DNA from: an uncultured Ruminococcus sp.
GTDB lineage: Bacteria; Bacillota; Clostridia; UBA1212
Assembly (NCBI GenBank): GCA_902792515.1
Contig: CADAZX010000001.1
Span: 4,177-68,176, forward strand
DNA length: 64,000 bases
Direction of reading: 5' to 3'
In this document: in pieces, positions 19,201 through 27,907 of the stretch
Position numbering within the stretch: the stretch's first letter is position 1
Layout: each line of letters starts with the position of its first letter
The notes under the pieces: generated by a model
What the model saw: only the letters and a program-made list of their open reading frames with translations
The model's database searches: none
What the model was told of the DNA's origin: nothing
Translations under genes and position numbers: made by a program

Positions 19201-19539
19201 GACGTTTTCCGCGGACTCGACCGTTCCGGAATCCCAGACCGCGTCGTCTGCAAGGAGTTTTGCCTCGCTCGACGCTACCTTCAGTCTGTATGATTTCTGA
19301 ATCACTCCGCGTTTTTCGGTATTGAACGCCCACGAAAACACCGGTTTCCCCTCAATACATGACGGGTTGTTTTCATAGTTCACCCGAATGCCGCAGATCT
19401 CACTGTCCGGATCCGCGATCGGCGCTTTAGTCGGCGACGGCTTCGGGGTATTGTCTCCGCCCGGATTGTCCGGGGTGCACCCCGCGGCAAAGCCGAATAT
19501 CATCAGTAATGCAAGAACTGTTGCGATAATTCTTTTCAT
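16240..19539 (-). CDS. Alpha-L-rhamnosidase (GH78), lipoprotein
   Basis: Lipobox MKRIIATVLALLMIFGFAAGC. GH78 hallmarks: N-terminal rhamnosidase domains, ...YTFKGSKDGENYTPTFTFHGFRYLEISG..., and a six-hairpin catalytic region. 1099 aa. Confidence 0.8.
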   Translation of the reverse strand: MKRIIATVLALLMIFGFAAGCTPDNPGGDNTPKPSPTKAPIADPDSEICGIRVNYENNPSCIEGKPVFSWAFNTEKRGVIQKSYRLKVASSEAKLLADDAVWDSGTVESAENVAVKYGGSEGTLKEATRYFWNVSVTCESGESYVSPTAWFDTALTETGFDGAEWITVSGSGVSISGANWIWLMNGDAQSTVPAKTEYFRKKIEIKKDIESAFIAFTADDCGELYVNGKQVFNVEEGTDTWMSGLTEEITGTLKKGTNVIAARVNNSSLGYAGLLVSVKIVYTDGTQDKIVTDGSWIAAEKASGSWFAENADEKAYKKVNFADRYGASPWYENVSLTGVSASAPTVRYKFKTEGTVASAKLFASAAGLYQAYVNGAKAGDSALDPGRSEYQKEIMYQCFDVTDSIASNAENVIGAVLGRGWYIGAYSPYGGTAPAFICKLVVDYADGTRKTYGTGSDWELTDVGPIKANDIFDGETYDARDEAALEGWSTAQYDAKNWQKATTVKAADINIGTLVPQVSGTVKVMDRVGAVSVTKYKKNIYIYDFGQNLAGVVELKNMTAKAGTEIVLRHAEMLNDGSRGSDGPKGSIYVANLRSAKATDRYTFKGSKDGENYTPTFTFHGFRYLEISGLSEPLPLENVTALVLYSDMEDTGSVTTSDELLNKLILNTYWGQRGNFLSTPTDCPQRDERMGWSGDAQIFAGTAAYNMNVKAFFDKYITDLNNCQHSDGAYPDVAPETGRANYGGAGNNAWGDAGIIIPWIMYVRYGDMSYIEKYYDNMKRYSNYLVQTSSKYIRSVSAYGDWLSIGESTDKAVTDTAYCAYDNYLLAKMATLLGKTEDAQKFNDRAEKYRTAWNEKFVKSDTRLRYDTQTAYAIALAFDLLPEEKRQSMADRLNDKIVRNGYKLTTGFIGCPLLLPALCRFGHTDTAFKLLQQEEYPSWKYPILQGATTIWERWNSYTLADGFGDAGMNSFNHYSYGSVTEWIYNSLIGIKADENSPAFAHFFLNPTAGGGLTHAEGKYVSVRGTIESSWEAENDKIVKYSCTVPSNTKATLTLSAADASKITEQGKSLGEVEGVKVLSEEGGVVTLELLSGSYVFEIK

Positions 19540-19693
19540 CAGGTCCTCCTTGGAGTTTCTGTATTTTTATAATTTAGCTGTATCAACTGCCCGCCGCAAA
19601 CAGGATTTTCCGTACATTAAACGGAGACAGTCTTTTCGGGAAAGTGGCGGTTTTTCCTTCTGCACGCCGCAGGGCATTTCCGGAAAAATCCCG

Positions 19694-20032
19694 CTATATC
19701 TTCTCTATTCTTATTCCCGTCACACCGTATTTCAGTTCGTTCTCAGGCGTATAATATGCGTACATATCGTCCGGCGAGGCCTCTTTTCCGTCTCCTGCGG
19801 ATTCCCGCGTATATCCCAGCTCACCCGGTTCAAAGTAGCCGTAAAGCTCTTCAAACGTCGGAAAAACCGCAATCTCCTTTACGCGCGCAAAAACCGTCCT
19901 TCTGCCCTCCGTGCATGTAAACCTGATAATGTCTTCAGGCATCACACACCGCCTCTTCATGTCGAAAAGCCGGATCTCGACCGTCTTCCTTCCTGCCTCT
20001 ATCAAACCGAACGGCTCGGGCGCCAGCTTCAT
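19694..20032 (-). CDS. ASCH domain protein
   Basis: MKLAPEPFGLIEAGRKTVEIRLFDMKRR...: the ASCH/PUA-like beta-barrel signature (..G.KT.E.R..). The likely start is the internal Met. Confidence 0.55.
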   Translation of the reverse strand: MKLAPEPFGLIEAGRKTVEIRLFDMKRRCVMPEDIIRFTCTEGRRTVFARVKEIAVFPTFEELYGYFEPGELGYTRESAGDGKEASPDDMYAYYTPENELKYGVTGIRIEKI

Positions 20033-20146
20033 GGAATGAATCGTCACCCTTCGCGCCGCACCCTGACATGATATCGCGTTATTTGATCCGTTCACGGCAA
20101 ACCCTCCGATTCTTTTTTCTCATTATAACCGATTATGGCGTATTTT

Positions 20147-21556
20147 TCAATCTTTAAGACGGAGCAGTCCGTCTCCGGTTATTTCCAACTCCGCAACCGC
20201 CGGCCGTTCGCTGAAGTTTTTCCCGTAAAACGCCGTCGTGAAAAGTCTTCCGTCCCCCGCGAAGAACAGATTGTTGTGCCCTCCATAGGCCATCAAAAGT
20301 CTTCTCTCGCTGTAAGGACCGAAAAGCTTGTCCGAAACCGCGTAATAACTGTCGTAACTCCGGTACGGTTTGCCGTTTTCGTCATAATGTATCCCGTAGG
20401 TCGACGAGCACAGATAGTACAGCCCGTCAATTTTCAAAAGGTAGCATCCTTCGAATCCGACGTAGTTCCCGCTTTTGCTTTTGAGCCGCCGAACCTCACC
20501 TTTAAATCCCGACATATCCCCGTTCATTTCCGCAATAAGGCCGTCCGACCATATTCCGTACACCTTTCCGTTGTCCTCAACGAAAAAAGTCGAGTCGATG
20601 TAGTCGAAAACCGGTGCGTCCGAAGTGCTCACATAAGGCCCTTCAGGAAGTCCCGAAGTGCTTCTGAGAACCGCTCCTGACATGGAACCCCATCCCAGCG
20701 AATAGCAAATATAATATGTTCCGCGGATATAATGAAGTTCAGGTGCCCATATCGGCGACGACCCGTCGGTCAGAATATCCTTCTGCCACGTGGCGTCCTT
20801 TTCGAACACCCACACGGCTCCAAGGTCTTCCCATTCCGACAGTTCCGCGGACTTGTAGACGTGAATCTCTTTTGTGTTATGCCAATCCGCCGGATCGTTC
20901 GTGCCTGTCATGTAGAAAAACCCGTCCGGTCCCCTCATGATGTTCGGATCTCTCAAATGAATGTCCGCGACCGGCGAAATCTCCCGCGAGGTCACCCCTC
21001 CGAAAGACGGATAATTGACCGATATTTTGTACGGAGAGTCTGCCCGGAACGAAAACTCAGTGTTCTTTCTCAGCGAATACGCAACGTTGATTTTGTAGAA
21101 AACGTTTGCGTCAAACTTCATATCCCCGGAATACGGCTCCGTGTGAAGTTCGTTGTACGTCACGGTAATCACAGCGTCGTCAGCGCCTTCGACCTCAAGG
21201 CGACGCGGGCCGCTTTTTTCGAACATAAAATACGCCGAATATCTCACATATCCCGCCCCGCTTATTTCCGCATCATCGGGAATCAGGCACACATCTTCCG
21301 CAACACCCTTATAAAGCGGTTCCGGATTGTATTCAGTTTTGTAGAGCGACACTTCCGCTCCGGCCGAGTGCCTGAGGTAGCCGTCCATCAGCCGGAGTTC
21401 CTCTTCCGTATATCCGGTAACAGTTCTCATTCTTTTGTCCCTCCCGAGTATATCCTTATGCCCGCAGCCCGTGGCGGCAACCGCAACACACAGCGCGAGA
21501 ATCAGCGCAGAAAAAACCGCAAAAATCTTCCGTGTACCATTTTCCACCGGCCGCAC
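20147..21556 (-). CDS. Glycoside hydrolase family 43 (beta-xylosidase/arabinanase-like), lipoprotein
   Basis: Lipobox LALCVAVAATGC. Five-bladed propeller GH43 motifs (..DPNIMRGPDGFFYMTGT.., ..WAPELHYIRGTYYI..). Confidence 0.7.
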   Translation of the reverse strand: MRPVENGTRKIFAVFSALILALCVAVAATGCGHKDILGRDKRMRTVTGYTEEELRLMDGYLRHSAGAEVSLYKTEYNPEPLYKGVAEDVCLIPDDAEISGAGYVRYSAYFMFEKSGPRRLEVEGADDAVITVTYNELHTEPYSGDMKFDANVFYKINVAYSLRKNTEFSFRADSPYKISVNYPSFGGVTSREISPVADIHLRDPNIMRGPDGFFYMTGTNDPADWHNTKEIHVYKSAELSEWEDLGAVWVFEKDATWQKDILTDGSSPIWAPELHYIRGTYYICYSLGWGSMSGAVLRSTSGLPEGPYVSTSDAPVFDYIDSTFFVEDNGKVYGIWSDGLIAEMNGDMSGFKGEVRRLKSKSGNYVGFEGCYLLKIDGLYYLCSSTYGIHYDENGKPYRSYDSYYAVSDKLFGPYSERRLLMAYGGHNNLFFAGDGRLFTTAFYGKNFSERPAVAELEITGDGLLRLKD

Positions 21557-21721
21557 CTCCGTTCCGTCCTTATGGATTATTTTACTTTAAAACCGCCCGG
21601 AAATCAAAGCGAAATCAAAGCGATTGTTCTTTCTTCGCGCATTATTGCTCGTAATTATTTACATTCACCCTCTTCTGTGCTAAACTTCCTTTGAAGTAAA
21701 CCCAGCAAAGGAGTTAACGAA

Positions 21722-24184
21722 ATGACTAAACAAATCCGAATTACCGGTTGGAAGCTCACCGTCTGTCCCAACAGTCGCGTTGTGGGCGAAGGCTATTGCT
21801 TCAAGACTCCCTCCGACGTTGAAAAATCAGGTCTCGAGATCATCCCCGCATCTGTTCCGGGCAATTTTGAGCTCGACCTCATGAACGCCGGTAAACTTAC
21901 GCGAGACATTTTTTTCGGCACGAACATCCTCAAACTGCAGGATCTGGAGTGCATGCACCTCTGGTATTTTACCGAGTTCGAGATAGAGCCGGAAAGCGTT
22001 CGTGACGGTCAGGATGTCTTTCTCAATTTTGAGGGAATCGACACGGTGTCGGAAATCTATCTCGACGGCGCTCTTCTAGGCACCACCGAAAACATGCTCA
22101 TACCTCACGTTTTCCCCTTAAACAAGGTTAAATCCGGCATTCACAAGCTTCTTGTCCACATCATTCCCGTTTCTTTCTATGCGCGCCGTTTTGACCTCCA
22201 GACAAAAGCCTGGGCGATGAAATACACGCAGGACTCTCTTCTCGTCAGAAAGGCCGCCGCCATGTACGGCTGGGACATTATGCCACGCGCAATTACCGGA
22301 GGTCTCTGGCGTCCCGTGAGTATCGAATACCGTTCCCGCGAAAGAATCCGCGATTACTACCTGTCGACGCTGCACCTCAGCACCGGAGGCGCTTCGAATA
22401 CCGCCGAACTGCTTCTCAAGCTCTCGGTTGACACCGATTTTGACGATCTTCGCGACCTCACCGTTACCGTGCGCGGAATTCACCGTGATCGTGACGGTAA
22501 AGAGGATTCCTCTTTCGGCGGATCCGCAACGATTTTTTCCGTGAACCAGGTTCTTTCCTTCCGCGTCGACAACGCCGCCCTCTGGTGGCCAAACCGCTAC
22601 GGCAGCCCTGAACTTTACGACGTGGAAATCACCCTCTCACGCACGAAATACGAGAACGGAGAACGGCTTTTCGACGTGCCCGGAGAAACTCTCGACACGG
22701 TCGCTTTCAGGCACGGAATACGAACGGTCGAACTCGAACGCACCTCTCTCGCCGGCAAGGACGGCAGGTTTTTCTTCCGCATAAACGGCCGGAAGATTTT
22801 CGTACTCGGCACAAACTGGGTTCCCACCGATACTTTCCCGTCGAGAATCGACGACTACACCATACGCGGCCTTGAGCTTGCCCTCGACGTCGGGTGCAAC
22901 ATGATACGCTGCTGGGGAGGAAGTCCGTATCCGGGTGACGTTCTTTACGACTACTGCGACGAGCACGGCATTATGGTCTGGCAGGATTTTTCGATGGCTT
23001 GCGGTCTCTACCCTGACGACGAGCGGACCATGAACCTCATACGTGAGGAGGGCATTTCGGTGGTCAAATCTCTCCGTAACCGTGCATCACTCGTCCTGTG
23101 GTCAGGCGATAACGAAAACGATATTTTCGCAACGTTCCGCGGAGGCTCAATCAACGGGCGTCCCATAAACCGCCGCGACCCTAACCTTAACAAGCTTACA
23201 CGCGAGGTCCTCGCGGAGGTCACCGACCGTTACGATGGCTTCCGCCCGTACATTCCCAGTTCTCCTTTTATCGACGAAGAGGTATTCAGAACCGCCGGTC
23301 TTCCCGCCGAAGACCATCTCTGGGGTCCTCGCGACTACTTCAAAGGCGATTACTACTACAAGAGTTCCATCGCTCACTTTGCGTCCGAAACCGGCTACCA
23401 CGGCTGCCCTTCTCCCGATTCGCTTAGAAAATTCATCTCTGAGAAGTCTCTCGGCAACCGAGGCGACGGAAGGATCTGCACCGACCCCGAGTGGCTCGTC
23501 CACTCCGCAAGTATGGAGACCTCTCCCGGCGCTCCTTTCGCCTACCGCGTGCCGCTTATGACCCGCCAGGTCGAGCAGCTTTTCGGCACAGCCCCCGACG
23601 ATATTGAAACGTACGCCCTCGAAAGCCAGATCTCTCAGGCGGAGGCCATGAAGTTCTTCATAGAGCATTTCCGCATCGGAAAGTGGTACAGAAGCGGCAT
23701 CATCTGGTGGAACATTATCGACGGCTGGCCGCAGATTTCGGATGCCGTTGTCGACTGGTACGGAGTCAAAAAGCTCGCTTACGAGTATATCAAACGCTCC
23801 CAGCGCATGTTCTGCCTAATGTGCGACGAACCGGATCAGGACGGTAATATTGCGCTGTTCGCGGTCAACGACTACGCGTTCCCGGTTGAGTTTGAGTACA
23901 CTCTTAAGGATGCTCTTAACGGCGAAGCCGTTCTCTCCGGAAAAGCCGTTTCGTCCGCCGACTCCTCGGAAAAGATCACATTGATTCGCGAAAATATGCC
24001 GCGGTATTGCGTGATCGATTGGCGTGGGACTGCTCTCCAAGGCGAATCCGGCTCTACTTTGGAGCTTGACGGGCGCAACCATTTTATCCGCAATCTCGAA
24101 AACCGGATCGATCTCGATTCTTACAGGAAGTTCATGAAATTCGCAGGCCTCTCCAATAGCATCAATGGTTTTTCGAAGTATTGA
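21722..24184 (+). CDS. Glycoside hydrolase family 2 (beta-mannosidase/beta-galactosidase-like)
   Basis: GH2 sugar-binding, Ig-like and TIM-barrel arrangement. ...HGIMVWQDFSMACG... is typical of GH2 beta-mannosidases. No signal peptide. Confidence 0.7.
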   Translation: MTKQIRITGWKLTVCPNSRVVGEGYCFKTPSDVEKSGLEIIPASVPGNFELDLMNAGKLTRDIFFGTNILKLQDLECMHLWYFTEFEIEPESVRDGQDVFLNFEGIDTVSEIYLDGALLGTTENMLIPHVFPLNKVKSGIHKLLVHIIPVSFYARRFDLQTKAWAMKYTQDSLLVRKAAAMYGWDIMPRAITGGLWRPVSIEYRSRERIRDYYLSTLHLSTGGASNTAELLLKLSVDTDFDDLRDLTVTVRGIHRDRDGKEDSSFGGSATIFSVNQVLSFRVDNAALWWPNRYGSPELYDVEITLSRTKYENGERLFDVPGETLDTVAFRHGIRTVELERTSLAGKDGRFFFRINGRKIFVLGTNWVPTDTFPSRIDDYTIRGLELALDVGCNMIRCWGGSPYPGDVLYDYCDEHGIMVWQDFSMACGLYPDDERTMNLIREEGISVVKSLRNRASLVLWSGDNENDIFATFRGGSINGRPINRRDPNLNKLTREVLAEVTDRYDGFRPYIPSSPFIDEEVFRTAGLPAEDHLWGPRDYFKGDYYYKSSIAHFASETGYHGCPSPDSLRKFISEKSLGNRGDGRICTDPEWLVHSASMETSPGAPFAYRVPLMTRQVEQLFGTAPDDIETYALESQISQAEAMKFFIEHFRIGKWYRSGIIWWNIIDGWPQISDAVVDWYGVKKLAYEYIKRSQRMFCLMCDEPDQDGNIALFAVNDYAFPVEFEYTLKDALNGEAVLSGKAVSSADSSEKITLIRENMPRYCVIDWRGTALQGESGSTLELDGRNHFIRNLENRIDLDSYRKFMKFAGLSNSINGFSKY

Positions 24185-24241
24185 ACTAAGCCCGTAGCAG
24201 CCTGTTTTCAGGCAGCGCCTCCTTTCCGAAAGGCAATTGCA

Positions 24242-26092
24242 ATGAAAGTTACTAAGAAATCAAGGATAAGAACACTTTTGGCAGCGCTTGCCGTCATACT
24301 GGTATTCGTCTCCGTTTCCGCTTTGCCCGTTCCCGCTTCTGCCCGCGTTACGTCTTCGACGTCGCTTTGGAGCGGATACCGCGAACCCCTTTCCGAGGGT
24401 GTCAAAAACACTCTTATCAATGCGCTCTGCATGTACAACACGTTTTGGACACCTCTTCAGGATGTTTCACGGTGGGGCACACGGGAAGTCACTTACGGCA
24501 AATTTGTCGCGGGGCACACTTATCGCGGAATTCCGTACGGTCAGCCGGTCCACAAGGGAGTCTATATCGGAACTTCCAGACCTGTCAGCGATTTTATTTC
24601 AGCGGTCGCAGACCCCGACAGTCCCCTCTATGCCACACGCGGTGAAAACACCTGGTACTACACCGAGCTGGGCGGTGATATAAAGTACTCACCTTACTTT
24701 TCCAACGACTGCAGCGGCTTTGTTTCAGCGGCACTCCGCATCAAGCGCCATACCACCAGCACCATCGGCTCCAAGCCTGACATGTTTCCGGTCATCGGTA
24801 CAAAGGTTTCCGACATGCGTCCCGGCGACCTGCTCAACACCCATGAGAACGGCCATGTTATTATGGTTTACGACGTGGTTTACAGCCATCGCGGAGGTAA
24901 TGTCGTCAGCGTCGTCACAATCGAGCAGACACCCGATATCATCGTAATCAGGTCGTTCGGCAAGGGCGGAGTCAACGGTTCCCTGCAAGACCTCCAGAAC
25001 AAAATCAACTCGGGAAAGTACTACGTCTGTCGCTACAAGGACATCGATAACGTCGAACTTATGGACGGTGCGTGGGATTATCTCCCCTCTGTCGTCAACT
25101 GCGTCAGCGAGCCCTCTTCAATTCTGAAAACCGACGGCACCGCTGAAGGAAAGGCTTATATAAACTTCGCCGAAAAGAGTTTCCGTCTTGAAGGATGGTC
25201 TCTCAGCCGCGAGAAAACTGTCGGCTTCGAGTACGAGATCAACGGTTCATTAGCAAAATCTCTTTCATCCGAGTATTGTTCCGATATCACGGCTCCGGTC
25301 TTCGGGTTCAATTATTTTGACGAATCATCTGGCCGCAACCGCTACTACGGGAACGTCGAAGTCTCCTGCCTTTCTTTAGGCGACGTAATCGACGTATACG
25401 CTAAAACCGCATCCGGCCGCCGGAAAACAGCCTCTCTGACCGTGGCGGAAGAGCCTTACATCCACCACTTCAGTTCTTCAATCGAGTCCCTGTACACAAC
25501 GGCTTCTCAGGACAACGTGAACCATGCGGAAGTCACAGACTTTCAGCCCCTGGCAATAAACGGGTGGTGTGCCGCCGACAATCTCATCCGCTTTGAAATT
25601 CAGGTTGACGACGGTCTCTGGTATGCTGTCGGTCCCAATTTCAGGAGCGATGTCTGGGATTTTGTCGGCTGGGATTATCCGACCTGCCGCGACTGCAACG
25701 CCTTTTACTGCGGTATCGATCTCGGTACACTCCGCGGTTTGAATCACACCGTTACGCTGCGCGGAGTTACCGCTGACGGGGGTGTTTTCGACGTGCTGCT
25801 CTGTAAATGTACGCGTTTCGAAAATCAACCGCTCATAATCGGAATTGCCGCAGCTGTTCTCGCCTTCGTCGTTCTCCTTGCGGTTTTGATTCCTGTTCTT
25901 GTCGTTACCGCCGTGAAGAAAAAGCGTTTGAAGCAGCATTGCCAAAACGACACGCCCGAAGATAATTCTTCCGGAACGTCCGCGGGGAATTCATCCGACG
26001 ATTCTGCAGGTAATACTCCCGGAACATCGGAAGGTAATTCATCCGGCACACCGGAGGCAGATTTGCCCGGATCAGGAAGCGATTCAGTTTGA
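24242..26092 (+). CDS. Secreted protein with C-terminal transmembrane anchor. The N-terminal region has a papain-like (NlpC/P60- or CHAP-like) Cys...His arrangement. The short cytoplasmic tail is S/G/T-rich.
   Basis: Signal peptide MKVTKKSRIRTLLAALAVILVFVSVSALPVPASA. ..NDCSGFVSAAL.. followed ~45 aa later by ..NGHVIMVYD... TM helix IIGIAAAVLAFVVLLAVLIPVLVV near the C-terminus. Confidence 0.4.
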   Translation: MKVTKKSRIRTLLAALAVILVFVSVSALPVPASARVTSSTSLWSGYREPLSEGVKNTLINALCMYNTFWTPLQDVSRWGTREVTYGKFVAGHTYRGIPYGQPVHKGVYIGTSRPVSDFISAVADPDSPLYATRGENTWYYTELGGDIKYSPYFSNDCSGFVSAALRIKRHTTSTIGSKPDMFPVIGTKVSDMRPGDLLNTHENGHVIMVYDVVYSHRGGNVVSVVTIEQTPDIIVIRSFGKGGVNGSLQDLQNKINSGKYYVCRYKDIDNVELMDGAWDYLPSVVNCVSEPSSILKTDGTAEGKAYINFAEKSFRLEGWSLSREKTVGFEYEINGSLAKSLSSEYCSDITAPVFGFNYFDESSGRNRYYGNVEVSCLSLGDVIDVYAKTASGRRKTASLTVAEEPYIHHFSSSIESLYTTASQDNVNHAEVTDFQPLAINGWCAADNLIRFEIQVDDGLWYAVGPNFRSDVWDFVGWDYPTCRDCNAFYCGIDLGTLRGLNHTVTLRGVTADGGVFDVLLCKCTRFENQPLIIGIAAAVLAFVVLLAVLIPVLVVTAVKKKRLKQHCQNDTPEDNSSGTSAGNSSDDSAGNTPGTSEGNSSGTPEADLPGSGSDSV

Positions 26093-26113
26093 TTCCTTTT
26101 AAGCAAGAAAACA

Positions 26114-26155
26114 AGGGCCCGCGGCTCTTCGGAAAAATCTGAAGCCGCGGGCCCT
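26114..26155. terminator. Bidirectional GC hairpin terminator between convergent genes
   Basis: AGGGCCCGCGGCT ... AGCCGCGGGCCCT perfect inverted repeat, with a T-rich flank on the minus strand. Confidence 0.6.
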
Positions 26156-26183
26156 GCCCTATACTCTCATTAGGCTTAGATTT

Positions 26184-26744
26184 CTAATCCCTGTCAATTA
26201 TTGTGACTAAGCCGCTTTTCACATCGTAAACCGCACCGCAAATGTTTACGTCTTCCGTCTCAGGATTCTTTGAAAGTATCCCCGAGAGAACTTTCACGCC
26301 GTAACAGACATTCCGTCTCACCGCGGCGTCGTAATCCGTTTCATCTCCTATCGCCTTTTTAATCTCGTCCGTGATGGTTCTTACAAATCCTTCCCCGTCG
26401 CCTTCAAGCGCGGCGCCGACGGCGCCGCATTGCGTATGTCCCAGAATCACCGCCTGTTTGACGTGAAGATGTTCCGCCGCGTATTCGACGGACCCCGCCT
26501 CGTGCTCTCCAAGGACATTTCCGGCCACTCTTATGACGAAAAGGTCGCCGAGATCCGCCGAAAAAATCTTTTCAGGTATCACCCTCGAATCGGAGCATGT
26601 CACAACGATTGCGTACGGGTGCTGCCCCTCTTCGGCGTTTTTTACGCGTCTTTTTATTTCGTCGCCGTCAGCTCTTTCAAGGTACATTCTGTTCCCGTTC
26701 AGAAGCTTCTCGACGACATCCGTATTCTTTCCCAATTCAATCAC
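26184..26744 (-). CDS. Beta-class carbonic anhydrase
   Basis: Zinc-ligand motifs CSDSRV and HTQCGA. 186 aa. Confidence 0.85.
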   Translation of the reverse strand: MIELGKNTDVVEKLLNGNRMYLERADGDEIKRRVKNAEEGQHPYAIVVTCSDSRVIPEKIFSADLGDLFVIRVAGNVLGEHEAGSVEYAAEHLHVKQAVILGHTQCGAVGAALEGDGEGFVRTITDEIKKAIGDETDYDAAVRRNVCYGVKVLSGILSKNPETEDVNICGAVYDVKSGLVTIIDRD

Positions 26745-27027
26745 CCCTCTCGAAATTGTTCATCGAACTGATTTCATACACATCAAGTCTGACATCGTGC
26801 GCAGGCATCTTAAAGCAGATTTTATAGCCCAACCCTCGTGCATAAAGCGCGTTGATACGTTCTCCGTCCAACTTGAATATGTAGTCCGTGTCGGTTCCGA
26901 CGCAATCCTTTTTGTAGTACATCACCACTCTGCGACCCGCCCTGTAGCGCTTATGCGCGCCAAGAAAGCTGTCTGTACCGGTGTTGTATTCAACGTTGTA
27001 CCTTTTGAACAAGTTCATACCGTTCAC
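26737..27027 (-). CDS. Hypothetical protein (96 aa), immediately downstream of the ARH gene with an 8-nt overlap onto the carbonic anhydrase start
   Basis: Open frame with a tight 10-nt gap to the upstream gene. No recognisable motif. Confidence 0.35.
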   Translation of the reverse strand: MNGMNLFKRYNVEYNTGTDSFLGAHKRYRAGRRVVMYYKKDCVGTDTDYIFKLDGERINALYARGLGYKICFKMPAHDVRLDVYEISSMNNFERGD

Positions 27028-27036
27028 CTCGCGCGA

Positions 27037-27846
27037 TCACACACGCTCTTTTCTCTTGATTTTGTATCTTTCAAACCTGTCCAGTATCTCCAGCATATCG
27101 GACGGAAGACGTTTTCTGCACTCGGATATCATCTCCTCCGGCACTCCGTAGTAAGCTTCCGCAATACTTCCGGCTATACATGTCAGCGTATCGCAATCAC
27201 CGCCGAGCGAGACGGCCGTTCTGATAACATCTTCAAAGTTTTCGCCCTCCAGGAAAGCGGTTATCGCCTCCGGAACAGTCTCCATGCACGTTTCGACATG
27301 GTGATATCCGGGCCGGATTTCGTCGCACGTTCTCGTAAGATCGTAGCCGAATTCACTCGTGATATACTCCTTGATCTCCGTCTTGCTTTTGCCCGTTCTT
27401 GCGAGAAAAATCGCGCTTGCAACAGACTCTGCTCCTTTAATGCCCTCCGGGTGATTGTGCGTCACCTTGGCGCTGTCCCGCGCCGCGGTTCTCGTCTCTT
27501 CAATCGTCCCGAAAAGCCATCCCGCAGAAGAAACCCGCATAGCGGAGCCGTTCCCGTAGCTTTTGTAAGGTTTGGACGACGGTCCGAAAAGCCAGCCGTA
27601 AAATCTGCCGCCGTATCCCGCGTCCGGATACTTGTGCCCCCATTTTTTCATCGAGTGAATCAGCGCCTCTTCACGTCCGGCTGCATCTTCCCCCGCGTCC
27701 ATCAGTGCCTCGGCAACCGCAATTGTCATAACCGAGTCGTCCGTGAATTCGATTGCGTCGTTAAACATCCGGAAGTTCTTCGTTTTCGCCCCTCTGTCAA
27801 ATTCGTAAGGAGAGCCGATCATATCACCTAAAATCGCACCGTACAT
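27037..27846 (-). CDS. ADP-ribosylglycohydrolase (DraG/ARH family)
   Basis: MYGAILGDMIGSPYEFD.. N-terminal motif, ..GNGSAMRVS.., and a C-terminal ..GGDCDT.. metal-binding motif characteristic of ARH enzymes. Confidence 0.8.
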   Translation of the reverse strand: MYGAILGDMIGSPYEFDRGAKTKNFRMFNDAIEFTDDSVMTIAVAEALMDAGEDAAGREEALIHSMKKWGHKYPDAGYGGRFYGWLFGPSSKPYKSYGNGSAMRVSSAGWLFGTIEETRTAARDSAKVTHNHPEGIKGAESVASAIFLARTGKSKTEIKEYITSEFGYDLTRTCDEIRPGYHHVETCMETVPEAITAFLEGENFEDVIRTAVSLGGDCDTLTCIAGSIAEAYYGVPEEMISECRKRLPSDMLEILDRFERYKIKRKERV

Positions 27847-27907
27847 AAATCATTACCTCCGTTTTTGAATTTCGTCCGGGAATCCGGTCTTGTCAGCGCC
27901 GCGCTGT

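Noticed and set aside
26533-27831. 432-aa plus-strand ORF
   Set aside because: Antisense to the carbonic anhydrase, the small ORF and the ARH gene. It spans three sense genes, which real genes do not do.
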